A DNA stretch of 64,000 nucleotides from Pseudomonadota bacterium (GTDB taxonomy: Bacteria; Desulfobacterota; Binatia; Binatales; Binataceae), in the NCBI GenBank assembly GCA_021325025.1, contig JAJPHZ010000007.1:190-64189 (forward strand). Reading direction: 5' to 3'. Below, one piece after another: positions 19,437 to 29,003 of this stretch. The translations under genes were made by a program, and so were the position numbers. How positions within the stretch are numbered: the stretch's first letter is position 1; the number at the start of each line of letters is the position of its first letter. Below the pieces are notes generated by a model that saw only the letters and a list, made by a program, of their open reading frames with translations, made no database searches and was not told the DNA's origin.

Positions 19437-20462
19437 ATGAAATTCGGAATCCTCTACAACATCGACTACCATCCCGAGGTGCATGGCTCCTCGGCCAGCT
19501 ACTATGCCCTGATTCTCGAGCAGATTCAGCTCCTGGAGGAATTGGGCTATGACTCCGCGTGGTTTGGTGAGCACCATTATGCGGGCTATTCTTTCGGGGC
19601 GCCGGCGGTAATTGCCACCGCGGCGGCGGGGAAAACCACCCGTCTGCGGCTGGGGACCGGGGTGTCGCTGGTGCCGCTGCACAATCCGCTGCGGCTGGCC
19701 GAGGAATACGCGATGCTCGACGTGCTGAGCAACGGCCGCTTGGAGTATGGCGTCGGACGCGGGTTCCTCAATTATGCCTATCAGCTCATGGGTGTGAATC
19801 GCTCCGAAAGCTTCGAGCGCTTCCGCGAGGGGACCGATCTGATAATTGCGGCGTGGACCGCGCAGCGCCCGTTTTCATTCCACGGCAAGTTCTGGCATCT
19901 CGACGACTATCAATTCTTTCCGCCGCCGGTGCAAAAGCCGCATCCGCCGATTTACGCGTCGGGCACCAACACCCGCGAAAGCTACGTTTACGCCGCGATG
20001 CGCGGACTTCACCTGTGCACCGCCTTCTTCATCCCGGACAAGGAAGGCGTGCGCGCCAACATCGCGCTGTATCGTAAAACTCTGGCTGAGGCCGGATACG
20101 ATCCCGCGGCGCGCGACGTAGCCGGCGTCTTTCCCATGTATTGCGGCGAGTCTCAGGCCCAGTCGATGCGCCATGGCGGCGAATTTACCTTGAACTATTT
20201 CAAGTTCTTCGGCTCGCTGGAGCGCGGTACGGATCCGACTACCGCGCGGGGGTTCGGCCACAAACCGATCGAATTTTACGATGAGCGCGGCCTCGTCCTG
20301 CTCGGCGATCCCGATTACTTGATCAAGAGAATCAAGTGGGCGGCGGAATATTACGACACCAATTACCTGCTGTTTGAAGTGGCTCAGGGTGGCGCGTCGC
20401 ACCAGGAGACGCTCCAATCGCTGCGCCGCTTCGCCCGTGAGGTCATGCCTGCCTTCAAGTAG
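19437..20462 (+). CDS. LLM-class flavin-dependent oxidoreductase
   Basis: MKFGILYNIDYHPE...GYDSAWFGEHHYAGYSF. Confidence 0.75.
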   Translation: MKFGILYNIDYHPEVHGSSASYYALILEQIQLLEELGYDSAWFGEHHYAGYSFGAPAVIATAAAGKTTRLRLGTGVSLVPLHNPLRLAEEYAMLDVLSNGRLEYGVGRGFLNYAYQLMGVNRSESFERFREGTDLIIAAWTAQRPFSFHGKFWHLDDYQFFPPPVQKPHPPIYASGTNTRESYVYAAMRGLHLCTAFFIPDKEGVRANIALYRKTLAEAGYDPAARDVAGVFPMYCGESQAQSMRHGGEFTLNYFKFFGSLERGTDPTTARGFGHKPIEFYDERGLVLLGDPDYLIKRIKWAAEYYDTNYLLFEVAQGGASHQETLQSLRRFAREVMPAFK

Positions 20463-20737
20463 AACCGGCGGTTCTCAGGTATGGGCTTGCATGATCGAGT
20501 TACTGCGTGGCCAGGCTCCGGCACACGAGCAGCCGGGATTGAGCCGGCCAATCGCACGGTCGTAGGCTGTGCGTGCCGCCTGGGCCTCCTCATCGTCGGC
20601 GGGGATTTCAGTGAAGGTGGCGGTGGCGGCCAATAGCAGGTACGGATCGCCGCTATTCATCCATCGGTATGCATCCGCAAGCCCGGCGGTTGGGTTGCGC
20701 TCGATCACCGCAGGATTTTGGCTTTTACGCGCCGCCC

Positions 20738-23206
20738 TTAGAACACTACCGTAACGGTTCCCAGCGACGCGGGCAGCCCTGACACTTCGATGATTCCGCC
20801 CTGGCCGTCGCTCAGGATGATGGAACCCTGCGCGAGGTTTTGCATCGAATTCAGCGTCGGCCGCAAACCATTGCCACCGCTCGAGCCGCAGCCTGTGGTC
20901 CACAGCGTGGCGGCCGCGATCAGGAAAATGACGGCTGGAGAAAGGGTGAGGGGCCGGCCCGCCAGTGCAACTGCAAGCAGAATGAACGCCCCGATCAGGG
21001 CGGCATACAGCGGCAGGGTGGATTGCGGCCAACTCCCGCTGCTGTCGCTCGGCGACCGGGTCAGTGCTGCTCCCGGCGGTATGGTGGCGGCGGCGGTGGC
21101 CTCCAGGTTGAGAGTGGCAGTGGCACCTGAAGGAATTGCCAACGGCGCGCCAAGGGCGAATACGGTGGTAGCCGCCGGTACTACCGCAACCGGGGCGAAG
21201 CTTGCGCCGCCCGCGGCGCCGCTCAGCGTCAGCTTGGAAAAAATATTGGGCGCCGTTAGTGTCACGGTCACCGAATCGAGCGACAGCGTCACCGCCGTCG
21301 TGTTGGTGACGGTGAAGCTTCCCGCGTGCGCAGTAGCGGTGGGAACAATCCTGGCCGTGGACGGCGACGCCGCCGCACTCGCGCCGGGAAAGGCTGCGAC
21401 CAGTTTGGCAAAATCGGGCGTCCCCCAGCCGCTGGCGAGATCGAAGCCGGGGCCGGCCTTGTAGCCCATTATGCCGTTGTCATCGTTGTTGCCGACCGTG
21501 ATGTCGTGCAATCCGAAATCCAAATTGCGCAAGTTCCCCAATTCATACAAACGCGGATTGATATTACCCAGCCGTGCCACGCCCTGGGACTGCGCGATAA
21601 GCCGGCTCAGCCCCGCCCACATCGGGCTGGCGATGGAGGTCCCGCCTGCAGGAGCAAAGCACACCTTGTCCATGTTCTTGTCATTGCAATGTTCGAGCGT
21701 GGCTGGACGGGTGCATGGCAGTGCCCGGCAGTTGGCGATGAGAAACCCGGGCGCGTTGCCGCTTGCGCCCAGGGCGATATCGGGCACGTCCCGTACACCG
21801 TCGTCGGGCACGCCGAAACCCTTCTGCCACAGTGGTTTGGCAAACAATGTGCTCTTGCCGCCGCTGCCCGCATCCTTGACCGGGCAATGGTCTGGCCCCG
21901 CCTGGCCATCATTCCAGACCGTTTTCAGATTGTCGCTAATTACGCTGGTGTCGTTGCCGGCCTTGTCGTAGACCGGGTCGAACATGGTGCCGCCCACCGA
22001 CGTCAGATAAGGGCTCGAACTTTCCTCGTCCACGCTGGGTTGCGAAAAGGTTGCGCCCTTGGGCAGGCCGCATTTGCATTGGTCGACACGCGGTTCGGTC
22101 GGCACCGCTTTGCCGCACGGCCAGTTGGCACCGAAATCGCCTGCCGCGTGGAACACGGTCTGGCCCTGCACGACCGCCTGGAGCAGCGTCGAGTTGTAGG
22201 CCAGGATGCTCGGAACGTCGGTGCATTGTATTGAAATCGAAGCGGTTATCACCCCGCATCGATTGTCCGCTACCGCTTGAGCAACGTCGTCAAAAAAATT
22301 GCCGAGATAGAAATAGATTGGTGTATTGGGAGCGACTGCATGGGCCCACTCGGCGTCGAGGTACGCCTCGCCATGACCGCTCAGGCCGGGATTGGTCCCA
22401 TTGACCAGAACCCGCGTCAGTATAATCGGCGGCAGGCCAAACTGGTCGTCGAAGGCAGCCAGAGCATTGTCGTTGACATCGCTGTTTTCCGCCATCGCTA
22501 TACAATCCGGAGTACCGGTGCCGCGGTTGCCGCCCGAAATAAGTGGCTTCACATCGTAGAATGTGTAGAGGTCGGGCGGTCCAAAGGCGGTTCCCACACC
22601 CGCAAGTGTAACGTCAGGAACAGGTCGCGCACCCTCAGCGGACGCCTGCTGGAATCTGCTCAAGCCTAAAATCGCCTGGATGACAGAGGCCAAATCGGCC
22701 GGCATTACGGGATCGTCCCGATTGGCATAACTGCTCCCGTCGCCAACGAGCACCGTCTGAAACGCGCGCTCCACAGTGTCGACATCGCCGCTGAAGTCAA
22801 TGCTGCGTTTACGGATGTCGCTGGCCGTCACCTGTAATCCCTGGCTGCGAAGCCATCCCGCCACCGCTTTCATCTGCGCCGGTGTGGGACCAAAACGGCT
22901 GACGAACTCCTCCGTCGTCAGCCATCGATGGTAACTGGGCGAATCGCGATTCTGCAGGTTGGCTTCCAGCTTCGTCAATTGATCAATATTGCGCAGCGTC
23001 AGGATCGCCCGCAGATGGAGGACCTGATTCGCGGCAAGCGGCTGCCAATCATCGGGAACATAGGCCGGATGGTTGTTGAGGATTGGCGTGCCACCCCCAG
23101 CGGACGCGCTACAGCGCAACGCACCAGCATATATCAGCGCCAGAGCGATCCCGACCGCCACGGCGGTCAGCCTGCGTATCGCAAACCAGGAATTGTCAAT
23201 GCGCAT
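20738..23206 (-). CDS. S53-family (sedolisin/kumamolisin-like) serine peptidase with pro-domain and a roughly 230-aa C-terminal extension carrying the FTVTN / dual-helix / GCGS module
   Basis: Signal peptide MRIDNSWFAIRRLTAVAVGIALALIYAGA. Pro-kumamolisin-like activation region. Catalytic Ser motif AGGTSIASPMWAGL. C-terminal tail homologous to ORF 5070..5798. Confidence 0.7.
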   Translation of the reverse strand: MRIDNSWFAIRRLTAVAVGIALALIYAGALRCSASAGGGTPILNNHPAYVPDDWQPLAANQVLHLRAILTLRNIDQLTKLEANLQNRDSPSYHRWLTTEEFVSRFGPTPAQMKAVAGWLRSQGLQVTASDIRKRSIDFSGDVDTVERAFQTVLVGDGSSYANRDDPVMPADLASVIQAILGLSRFQQASAEGARPVPDVTLAGVGTAFGPPDLYTFYDVKPLISGGNRGTGTPDCIAMAENSDVNDNALAAFDDQFGLPPIILTRVLVNGTNPGLSGHGEAYLDAEWAHAVAPNTPIYFYLGNFFDDVAQAVADNRCGVITASISIQCTDVPSILAYNSTLLQAVVQGQTVFHAAGDFGANWPCGKAVPTEPRVDQCKCGLPKGATFSQPSVDEESSSPYLTSVGGTMFDPVYDKAGNDTSVISDNLKTVWNDGQAGPDHCPVKDAGSGGKSTLFAKPLWQKGFGVPDDGVRDVPDIALGASGNAPGFLIANCRALPCTRPATLEHCNDKNMDKVCFAPAGGTSIASPMWAGLSRLIAQSQGVARLGNINPRLYELGNLRNLDFGLHDITVGNNDDNGIMGYKAGPGFDLASGWGTPDFAKLVAAFPGASAAASPSTARIVPTATAHAGSFTVTNTTAVTLSLDSVTVTLTAPNIFSKLTLSGAAGGASFAPVAVVPAATTVFALGAPLAIPSGATATLNLEATAAATIPPGAALTRSPSDSSGSWPQSTLPLYAALIGAFILLAVALAGRPLTLSPAVIFLIAAATLWTTGCGSSGGNGLRPTLNSMQNLAQGSIILSDGQGGIIEVSGLPASLGTVTVVF

Positions 23207-23613
23207 CGTACTCCTGCAAAATGCGGCGTTCAGAATATGTGCGGCAGAGAGATTAGCGGGAGCTTACGACATTATTTGATTTCACTCCGATCCCCTTTGT
23301 TGGGCGTTCATTTCTAACGACATAGCTGGGTGAGTCAATGGCGAAAAACGGGCACGAATGACAGGCTGAGGCTGCGACGCGAATGTCCATTTACTACGTT
23401 CGCGACGATCCTTTCAGGCAAGTGCCTTGGGCACGCTTGTTGCGTTGTAGGTGCGGGCGCGCGTTACACGCGCAAAGGGCGGTACGATTGCGACCCGCTA
23501 ATGTTTTTCGCTTGCCATAGGAGGAGAAGGCATCGCGCAGCGCGCGATGCGCGACAATGGCCGCCTTACTTTCAGATCCGACGCGTCGTGTTTCCATCAG
23601 CGCCATCGAGACC

Positions 23614-25896
23614 ATGCCAATCGTGGCGTTCCCGCTCACGATCTTCCTGGGGGCCTTCCTGCTGTTCGCAGTCGAGCCGATGATGGGCAAGGTCCTGCTG
23701 CCGTGGTTCGGCGGGGCGCCGTCGGTCTGGACGACCTGCATGCTTTTCTTCCAATTGCTGTTACTGGGTGGGTATGCCTACGCGCATGTGATCGCCACCG
23801 CCTTGCCTCCCCGCGCGCAGGCGAGTTTGCACCTGATGCTGGCGGCGCTCTGTATGGCGTCGATGACGGCTGCCGCGATAGTGTGGCGCTCACCCCTGAT
23901 ACCTCCGGCCGACTGGAAACCGGCGAGTCCCGAGTATCCCGCCCTGGGCATCCTGGCAATTCTGTTTACGGCGGCCGGATTGCCATATTTCACCCTGTCG
24001 GCGACCGCTTCGCTGCTGCAGCAGTGGTTCGCCGCCAGCCGCGCCGGCCGCTCGCCGTACCGTCTCTATGCACTGTCGAATCTTGGCTCGATGCTTGGAC
24101 TGGCCGCTTACCCGTTCCTCCTCGAACCCAGCCTCAACCTGCATCAACAGGCAATGCTCTGGTACTGGCTTTATGTCCTCTTCGCCTTGGGGCTTGCCTT
24201 GTCGGCGCTGTCATTGTGCGGTGGTGGCGCAGTCCCGGTAGCGCGCGCCGCAGCCTCAAGCCCTCAACCGCCGATCGAACTGGGCACCCAGTTGATGTGG
24301 GTTGCCCTGGCGGGGTGCGCCTCATTGATGTTTTTAGCGGTTACCAATCAGCTTTGCCAGGACATCGCCGCAGTTCCGTTCTTGTGGGTGTTGCCCCTGG
24401 GAATCTACCTGCTGTCGTTCGTCGTCTGCTTCGGCAATGAAAGTTGGTATCGGCGGGCAATTTTCAATCCCGCGCTGGCTGTTGCGATCGTCGCGTCGTG
24501 CGCCATCCTCTACCGCCCGTATACCGAAATCGTTTGGCAGGCCGTAATCTATTCGTTGCTGGTCGGTTCCTCATGCACGGTGTGTCACGGCGAGTTGGTC
24601 AGGCTCAAACCCGCACGTGGTGCCCTGACTCGATTCTATCTGATGGTCTCCGCCGGCGGAGCGCTGGGCGGATTGCTCAGTGCGGTACTGGCTCCGTGGC
24701 TGTTCCGTGGATACTGGGAACTGCATATTGCTATCTGGGGATGCGCCGCGCTGCTGTTCGTGGCATTGATGCGCGACCCTGCTTCGTGGCTTCATCAACC
24801 ACGCCCCATCCTCGCGATTGGGCTGCTCGCCGGCGCGCTGGCGCTGCCGGAACTAATATTGGCTGCGGCCGGCAACCTGACCTCCGCGCTATATTACAAT
24901 CTGACCGCGGGCTGGGCACTGATGGTGGTGGTTGGCGCGATACTGGCACGGCGCGACCGCAGGCGGACCGAGCAAAAGCGCGGCTTTGCGCCGGTGGCCG
25001 CCGCCGCGGTACTGCTGATGGTAGCCAGTGTGCTGCTGTCCAGTATTACCGCCAAACTCAACAACAGTCTGATTTCGATACGCAACTTTTACGGCGCCGC
25101 GGCGGTGATCGAGCGCGATGCTGCCGATCCCGCCTGGCATGCGTTTGTGCTGCGCCACGGCAGTATCGTGCACGGTGTCCAATATTCCGAGCCCGACAAG
25201 CGGCGCCAGCCCACGGCCTATTTCGGTCCAACCAGCGGTATAGGCCTGCTCATGCTCCACCATCCGCGGCGCATTTCGGTGGACCCGCGCGTGCGGACGG
25301 TGCGCGTTGGAGTGGTTGGTTTGGGCATCGGCACCATCGCCACCTACGGACGTCCCGGCGACTATATTCGCTTTTACGAAATCAATCCCGCGATTATCCA
25401 TCTTGCCACCGCGCGCAACGGTTACTTCAGCTACGTGCGCGACTCCCAGGCGCGGGTTGACATCGTGGCGGGCGACGCGCGTCTTTCAATGGAACGGGAG
25501 GTTAGGGATCAAAACGCACAGCGCTTCGACATCCTGGTGATCGACGCGTTCAGCGGGGACGCCATACCGGTTCATCTTCTGACCATCCAGGCCTTTGCTC
25601 TTTACCTCAGGGAGTTGAATCCCGACGGAGTCCTGGCACTGCACATCAGCAACAACCATCTCGATCTGAGGCCGGTGGCCGCGCGTCTGGCGAATCATTT
25701 CGGTCTACGCGGTGGATGGATTCACAGCGTGGCCGCGGACAGGATGACTCAACCCAGCGACTGGGTCGTGCTTGCGCGCGGCGCCAGTGTGCTGGCGCAG
25801 CCGGCCATCGCTTCGCAGTTAAGGCCGCTTGCGAGCGATGCGACTGTGGGTTTGTGGAGCGACGATTACAGCAACCTGTTCCGGATTCTGCGTTGA
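23614..25896 (+). CDS. Fused MFS-like polytopic membrane domain / spermidine-synthase-like methyltransferase-fold protein
   Basis: About 12 N-terminal hydrophobic helices. C-terminal ILVIDAFSGDAIPVHLLTIQAF, a spermine/spermidine synthase-like motif. Confidence 0.65.
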   Translation: MPIVAFPLTIFLGAFLLFAVEPMMGKVLLPWFGGAPSVWTTCMLFFQLLLLGGYAYAHVIATALPPRAQASLHLMLAALCMASMTAAAIVWRSPLIPPADWKPASPEYPALGILAILFTAAGLPYFTLSATASLLQQWFAASRAGRSPYRLYALSNLGSMLGLAAYPFLLEPSLNLHQQAMLWYWLYVLFALGLALSALSLCGGGAVPVARAAASSPQPPIELGTQLMWVALAGCASLMFLAVTNQLCQDIAAVPFLWVLPLGIYLLSFVVCFGNESWYRRAIFNPALAVAIVASCAILYRPYTEIVWQAVIYSLLVGSSCTVCHGELVRLKPARGALTRFYLMVSAGGALGGLLSAVLAPWLFRGYWELHIAIWGCAALLFVALMRDPASWLHQPRPILAIGLLAGALALPELILAAAGNLTSALYYNLTAGWALMVVVGAILARRDRRRTEQKRGFAPVAAAAVLLMVASVLLSSITAKLNNSLISIRNFYGAAAVIERDAADPAWHAFVLRHGSIVHGVQYSEPDKRRQPTAYFGPTSGIGLLMLHHPRRISVDPRVRTVRVGVVGLGIGTIATYGRPGDYIRFYEINPAIIHLATARNGYFSYVRDSQARVDIVAGDARLSMEREVRDQNAQRFDILVIDAFSGDAIPVHLLTIQAFALYLRELNPDGVLALHISNNHLDLRPVAARLANHFGLRGGWIHSVAADRMTQPSDWVVLARGASVLAQPAIASQLRPLASDATVGLWSDDYSNLFRILR

Positions 25897-25904
25897 CGGC
25901 GAGG

Positions 25905-26681
25905 CTAGAAGTCGAGCGGAAGCTGCAGATATTCCCGGTAGATGAAGTCACGATGCGCCAGCAGCGCTGGCGTCAGTTCGGCCGCCACTTCGGCCCCGAT
26001 ATCGCTGTACATCCGCCGCAGCCCCGGCGCCATCGGGCATACTTCCTGCGGCAGCGGCGCCATCATCGCGGCGAAAGCCGCCCAGTATATATCGAGTGCG
26101 GAAAGCTCATTGCCGATGAAAAAGCGGCTGCCCGACGAGCGTTGGCTTTCCAGCCGCCGGGCCAGGGATCTCAGAATCTCAGCCACCCTGACCGGCGCCT
26201 GCTGTGCGGCGCTTTCGCTGTAGCCATACTTCTCCGCCATCGGGCCCATCAGCGCGCGTCCTCTGCCGCCGCCGTCGGATCGGCTCAAATTGCGTTGAAA
26301 CATCATCAGACGCCGCGCCCAGCCCAGACCGTTCTCACCGCAGATTTCGTTGCTGTAACCGAACATTGCGACTCGATCCTCGATCCCCTCCGGGATGAGC
26401 CGCGGTGAGGGTGCCAGGCGCTCGAACAGATAGAGTTGATCATTCCATATATTGCGCGGGCGCTCATCATTCCAGATGACCGCTGGAGCGCTGGTCTGCG
26501 CGGTCCACTCCATCAGCTCGCGGTTGGCGCCGCCCACTTCCTGTGCAACCGGCACGTAGGAAAGCTTCTTTACATAGCAGATGCTTTTGGCCGCTTCGCT
26601 CCATGGACCCGGACCGCCGGGCGAAAGCACGATCCTCAAGCCTGGCATCGTTCTGGCCTGCGCAACATCGACGTAGTTCAT
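25905..26681 (-). CDS. Glutathione S-transferase-family protein (tentative)
   Basis: Thioredoxin-like N-terminus (LRIVLSPGGPGPWSEAAKSICYVKK) and helical C-terminus (LSALDIYWAAFAAMMAP). Family assignment by pattern only. Confidence 0.45.
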   Translation of the reverse strand: MNYVDVAQARTMPGLRIVLSPGGPGPWSEAAKSICYVKKLSYVPVAQEVGGANRELMEWTAQTSAPAVIWNDERPRNIWNDQLYLFERLAPSPRLIPEGIEDRVAMFGYSNEICGENGLGWARRLMMFQRNLSRSDGGGRGRALMGPMAEKYGYSESAAQQAPVRVAEILRSLARRLESQRSSGSRFFIGNELSALDIYWAAFAAMMAPLPQEVCPMAPGLRRMYSDIGAEVAAELTPALLAHRDFIYREYLQLPLDF

Positions 26682-26768
26682 GACACCGGCTATACCCTCT
26701 CTGCCACTACGATGTTACTGGCACAGACACAAGCCCGGCACAAGCGGCCGTCGCGGCCGGCCGCTCAC

Positions 26769-27140
26769 TCAGGCGCGCTCGTATACACCGCGCTCCTTGC
26801 GCTTGACCGCACCCGAATCGATCCAGCGCGTGATGGCAGCGAAGATTTCGCCCGAGCCCTTGTTGGCCAGACCGCGCACGCTGCGCACGTCGGAGGCTTT
26901 GAACCGCTTGGGCAGCTTTTCCAACACCGCGCGCCAGTTGGTACGCCCGCCGCGCGCCGGACCGCCATCGGTGGCTGCTCTGCCTTCCCCGGCTACCAGC
27001 AGAAGTTGCTCTTCCTGCTTGCGGAGAGTACTCAGCTCCGATTCGAGACTGCGGATGTCGGCCCGCAACTTGTTCAACGCACTGACAGCCTGACGGCGTA
27101 CATGTTCATAAGCTGAAGCTGAACTTGCTTGTCGGGGCAT
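26769..27140 (-). CDS. Hypothetical coiled-coil protein (123 aa)
   Basis: Good ORF preceded by an AT-rich 176-bp intergenic region. No family recognised. Confidence 0.4.
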   Translation of the reverse strand: MPRQASSASAYEHVRRQAVSALNKLRADIRSLESELSTLRKQEEQLLLVAGEGRAATDGGPARGGRTNWRAVLEKLPKRFKASDVRSVRGLANKGSGEIFAAITRWIDSGAVKRKERGVYERA

Positions 27141-27316
27141 ATGAAAATTTCCTCCGCTACCAATTGAGTATCCGCATATGGACCCGAAAAAGCAATCCGA
27201 TCGCTATTGTTGAGTCAAGGGCGAGCCGGCGCGAAATATGGCATGTCCGAGAACGGTCAATTTGGCGAATCTATACGGAAAAATTGAGTTAAATGAACAT
27301 ATAATTGAGTCCGGAT

Positions 27317-28747
27317 TCAGATGCCGGCGAGCTTGCGTGCATATTCTGCGACTGTCCTGAAGTCATATTCCCGGTACATCTGCAACTTTTCTGCCTCAAA
27401 ACCACCCTCGGCATGAACCGCGAGCACTTCCTGGTAGCCGCCATAATCCGAAGCAGTCATATCGCCGATCAGATATAACAGACGCAGCCGCTGTTCGGCG
27501 CTCAATCCTTTGGCCCCGCCTAAAAATTTCGCGATATAGTCGCGGGTCGCAGCGTTGGTCAGGTCTTCGGCGGCCGGCGCTGTGACCAGCAGGCCGCCGG
27601 CGAGGTCCTGCAGGGTTTGCACCGCCTGATGGTAGTTGTGAGCGAAATGATATTTCGCCACGTTGACCAGCAGCGTGTTGGGTACGGCGATTCCATGTTC
27701 GATCGTGCAAGCCGCCGCCGCCCGCCGCAGCAGCGCCAGCGCGATAGTGTGGTAGGCAGCCAGCTGCGTAAGCTTGTCGCGCACATGCGCCGCGGCCGCA
27801 ATTCCGTTGGCCTCGGCGACGGCCGCACCCGCTCCCGCAAGCAGTTCCAGCAGCGGCAGTTTGTAGGAAACCGCGGTGAAACGATGAAAACGCACGAAGT
27901 TTATCGCCAGCGGACCGGCCAGCTCCGCCTCTCCGTCCAGGAAGACCCGCTCGTGGGGGACGAACACATCGTCGAACACCGTCAGCGTTTCCATCATCTT
28001 GCGCCGCGCGCTGATCGGATGCTCGATCGGGTTTTTGGGCTCGCTGCCGTGGGGACTGACAATAAGCTTCAGCCCCGGCGTGTTGAGCGGCAACGCGAAG
28101 GACAGTGCATAGGGTTCGTCGCCGGGGCGCATCGCCCGGGTGGGAAAGACGATCAGCTCATTGGCGTTGGCGGCCAGCGAGGTATGAACCTTGGCGCCGC
28201 GCACGATTATGCCGCCGGGATGCTCCGCCACCTTGCGCAAGTAGTAGTCGGGATGCTGCTGGGCGGCGGGTCCCAGGGAGCGATCGCCTTTGACGTCGGT
28301 TTGTGCCAGCGACAGTGCCAGGTCATGGTCGCGGCAATAGCGATAGTAACGCTGCACACGTTCGAGGTAGTGCGGTTTGCCGCGGTCGGCGAGCATGGTT
28401 GAGACCATGTACAGCGCAAACAGGGCTTCGGTTCCGATTTCCCTGAGCAGCACGGGATAGGTAGCGCCTTCGCGGGTGGTGGCGGCGATAAGTTCGGCGC
28501 GGATGAGTAAATCCTGCGCGCAGCGCGGTATCTGGTAAAAGCGGTTGTACAGTTCGCCGTCCTCTTCAACCACCGCCAGGGGGCGAAAGCGCGCATCGCA
28601 GGCCATCGTGTATTCCAGCGCCGCGTGCTCGACCGCGATGCGAATCACGGGATGCTCAGTTATGTCGGCAACGCGCCGTCCGCGGAAAAACACGCTGCGG
28701 TCATCGCGCAGCGATTCTCGATATTCCTGTGCGCTTCTGAGCGCCAC
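27317..28747 (-). CDS. HpaB / 4-hydroxybutyryl-CoA dehydratase (AbfD)-family flavoprotein
   Basis: N-terminus MALRSAQEYRESLRDDRSVFFRGRRVADITEHPV, typical of the 4-HPA 3-hydroxylase / 4-hydroxybutyryl-CoA dehydratase family. Length 476 aa. Confidence 0.65.
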   Translation of the reverse strand: MALRSAQEYRESLRDDRSVFFRGRRVADITEHPVIRIAVEHAALEYTMACDARFRPLAVVEEDGELYNRFYQIPRCAQDLLIRAELIAATTREGATYPVLLREIGTEALFALYMVSTMLADRGKPHYLERVQRYYRYCRDHDLALSLAQTDVKGDRSLGPAAQQHPDYYLRKVAEHPGGIIVRGAKVHTSLAANANELIVFPTRAMRPGDEPYALSFALPLNTPGLKLIVSPHGSEPKNPIEHPISARRKMMETLTVFDDVFVPHERVFLDGEAELAGPLAINFVRFHRFTAVSYKLPLLELLAGAGAAVAEANGIAAAAHVRDKLTQLAAYHTIALALLRRAAAACTIEHGIAVPNTLLVNVAKYHFAHNYHQAVQTLQDLAGGLLVTAPAAEDLTNAATRDYIAKFLGGAKGLSAEQRLRLLYLIGDMTASDYGGYQEVLAVHAEGGFEAEKLQMYREYDFRTVAEYARKLAGI

Positions 28748-29003
28748 GGTTCATCAGCCTCCTCGATCGGCGATGTTGCGGCCGCTTTAAAAATGATGCC
28801 GGTGCCGTGCTGCCCGGCCAATATAGTGACCGCAACGGGCGCGGTCCACCTTGTCATCGAAGGTAGGCTCCCATACCATGCGAGCGAGACTTCCAAAGCG
28901 GGGTTCTTTGAGCAGATAGAATTGCCCGGCGCGATTGCCCAATAGCGGCCCATGGGCGGCAAACGATGAGCGTTGGCCGGCGGCAAGCGACAGGTTCATT
29001 CAG

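Noticed and set aside
23557-23613. Upstream in-frame start (MAALLSDPTRR...) for the fused membrane/spermidine-synthase gene
   Set aside because: The first TM helix begins right after MPIVAFPLTIF. The upstream 19 residues are polar and lack an RBS, so I chose ATG 23614. The earlier start remains possible.
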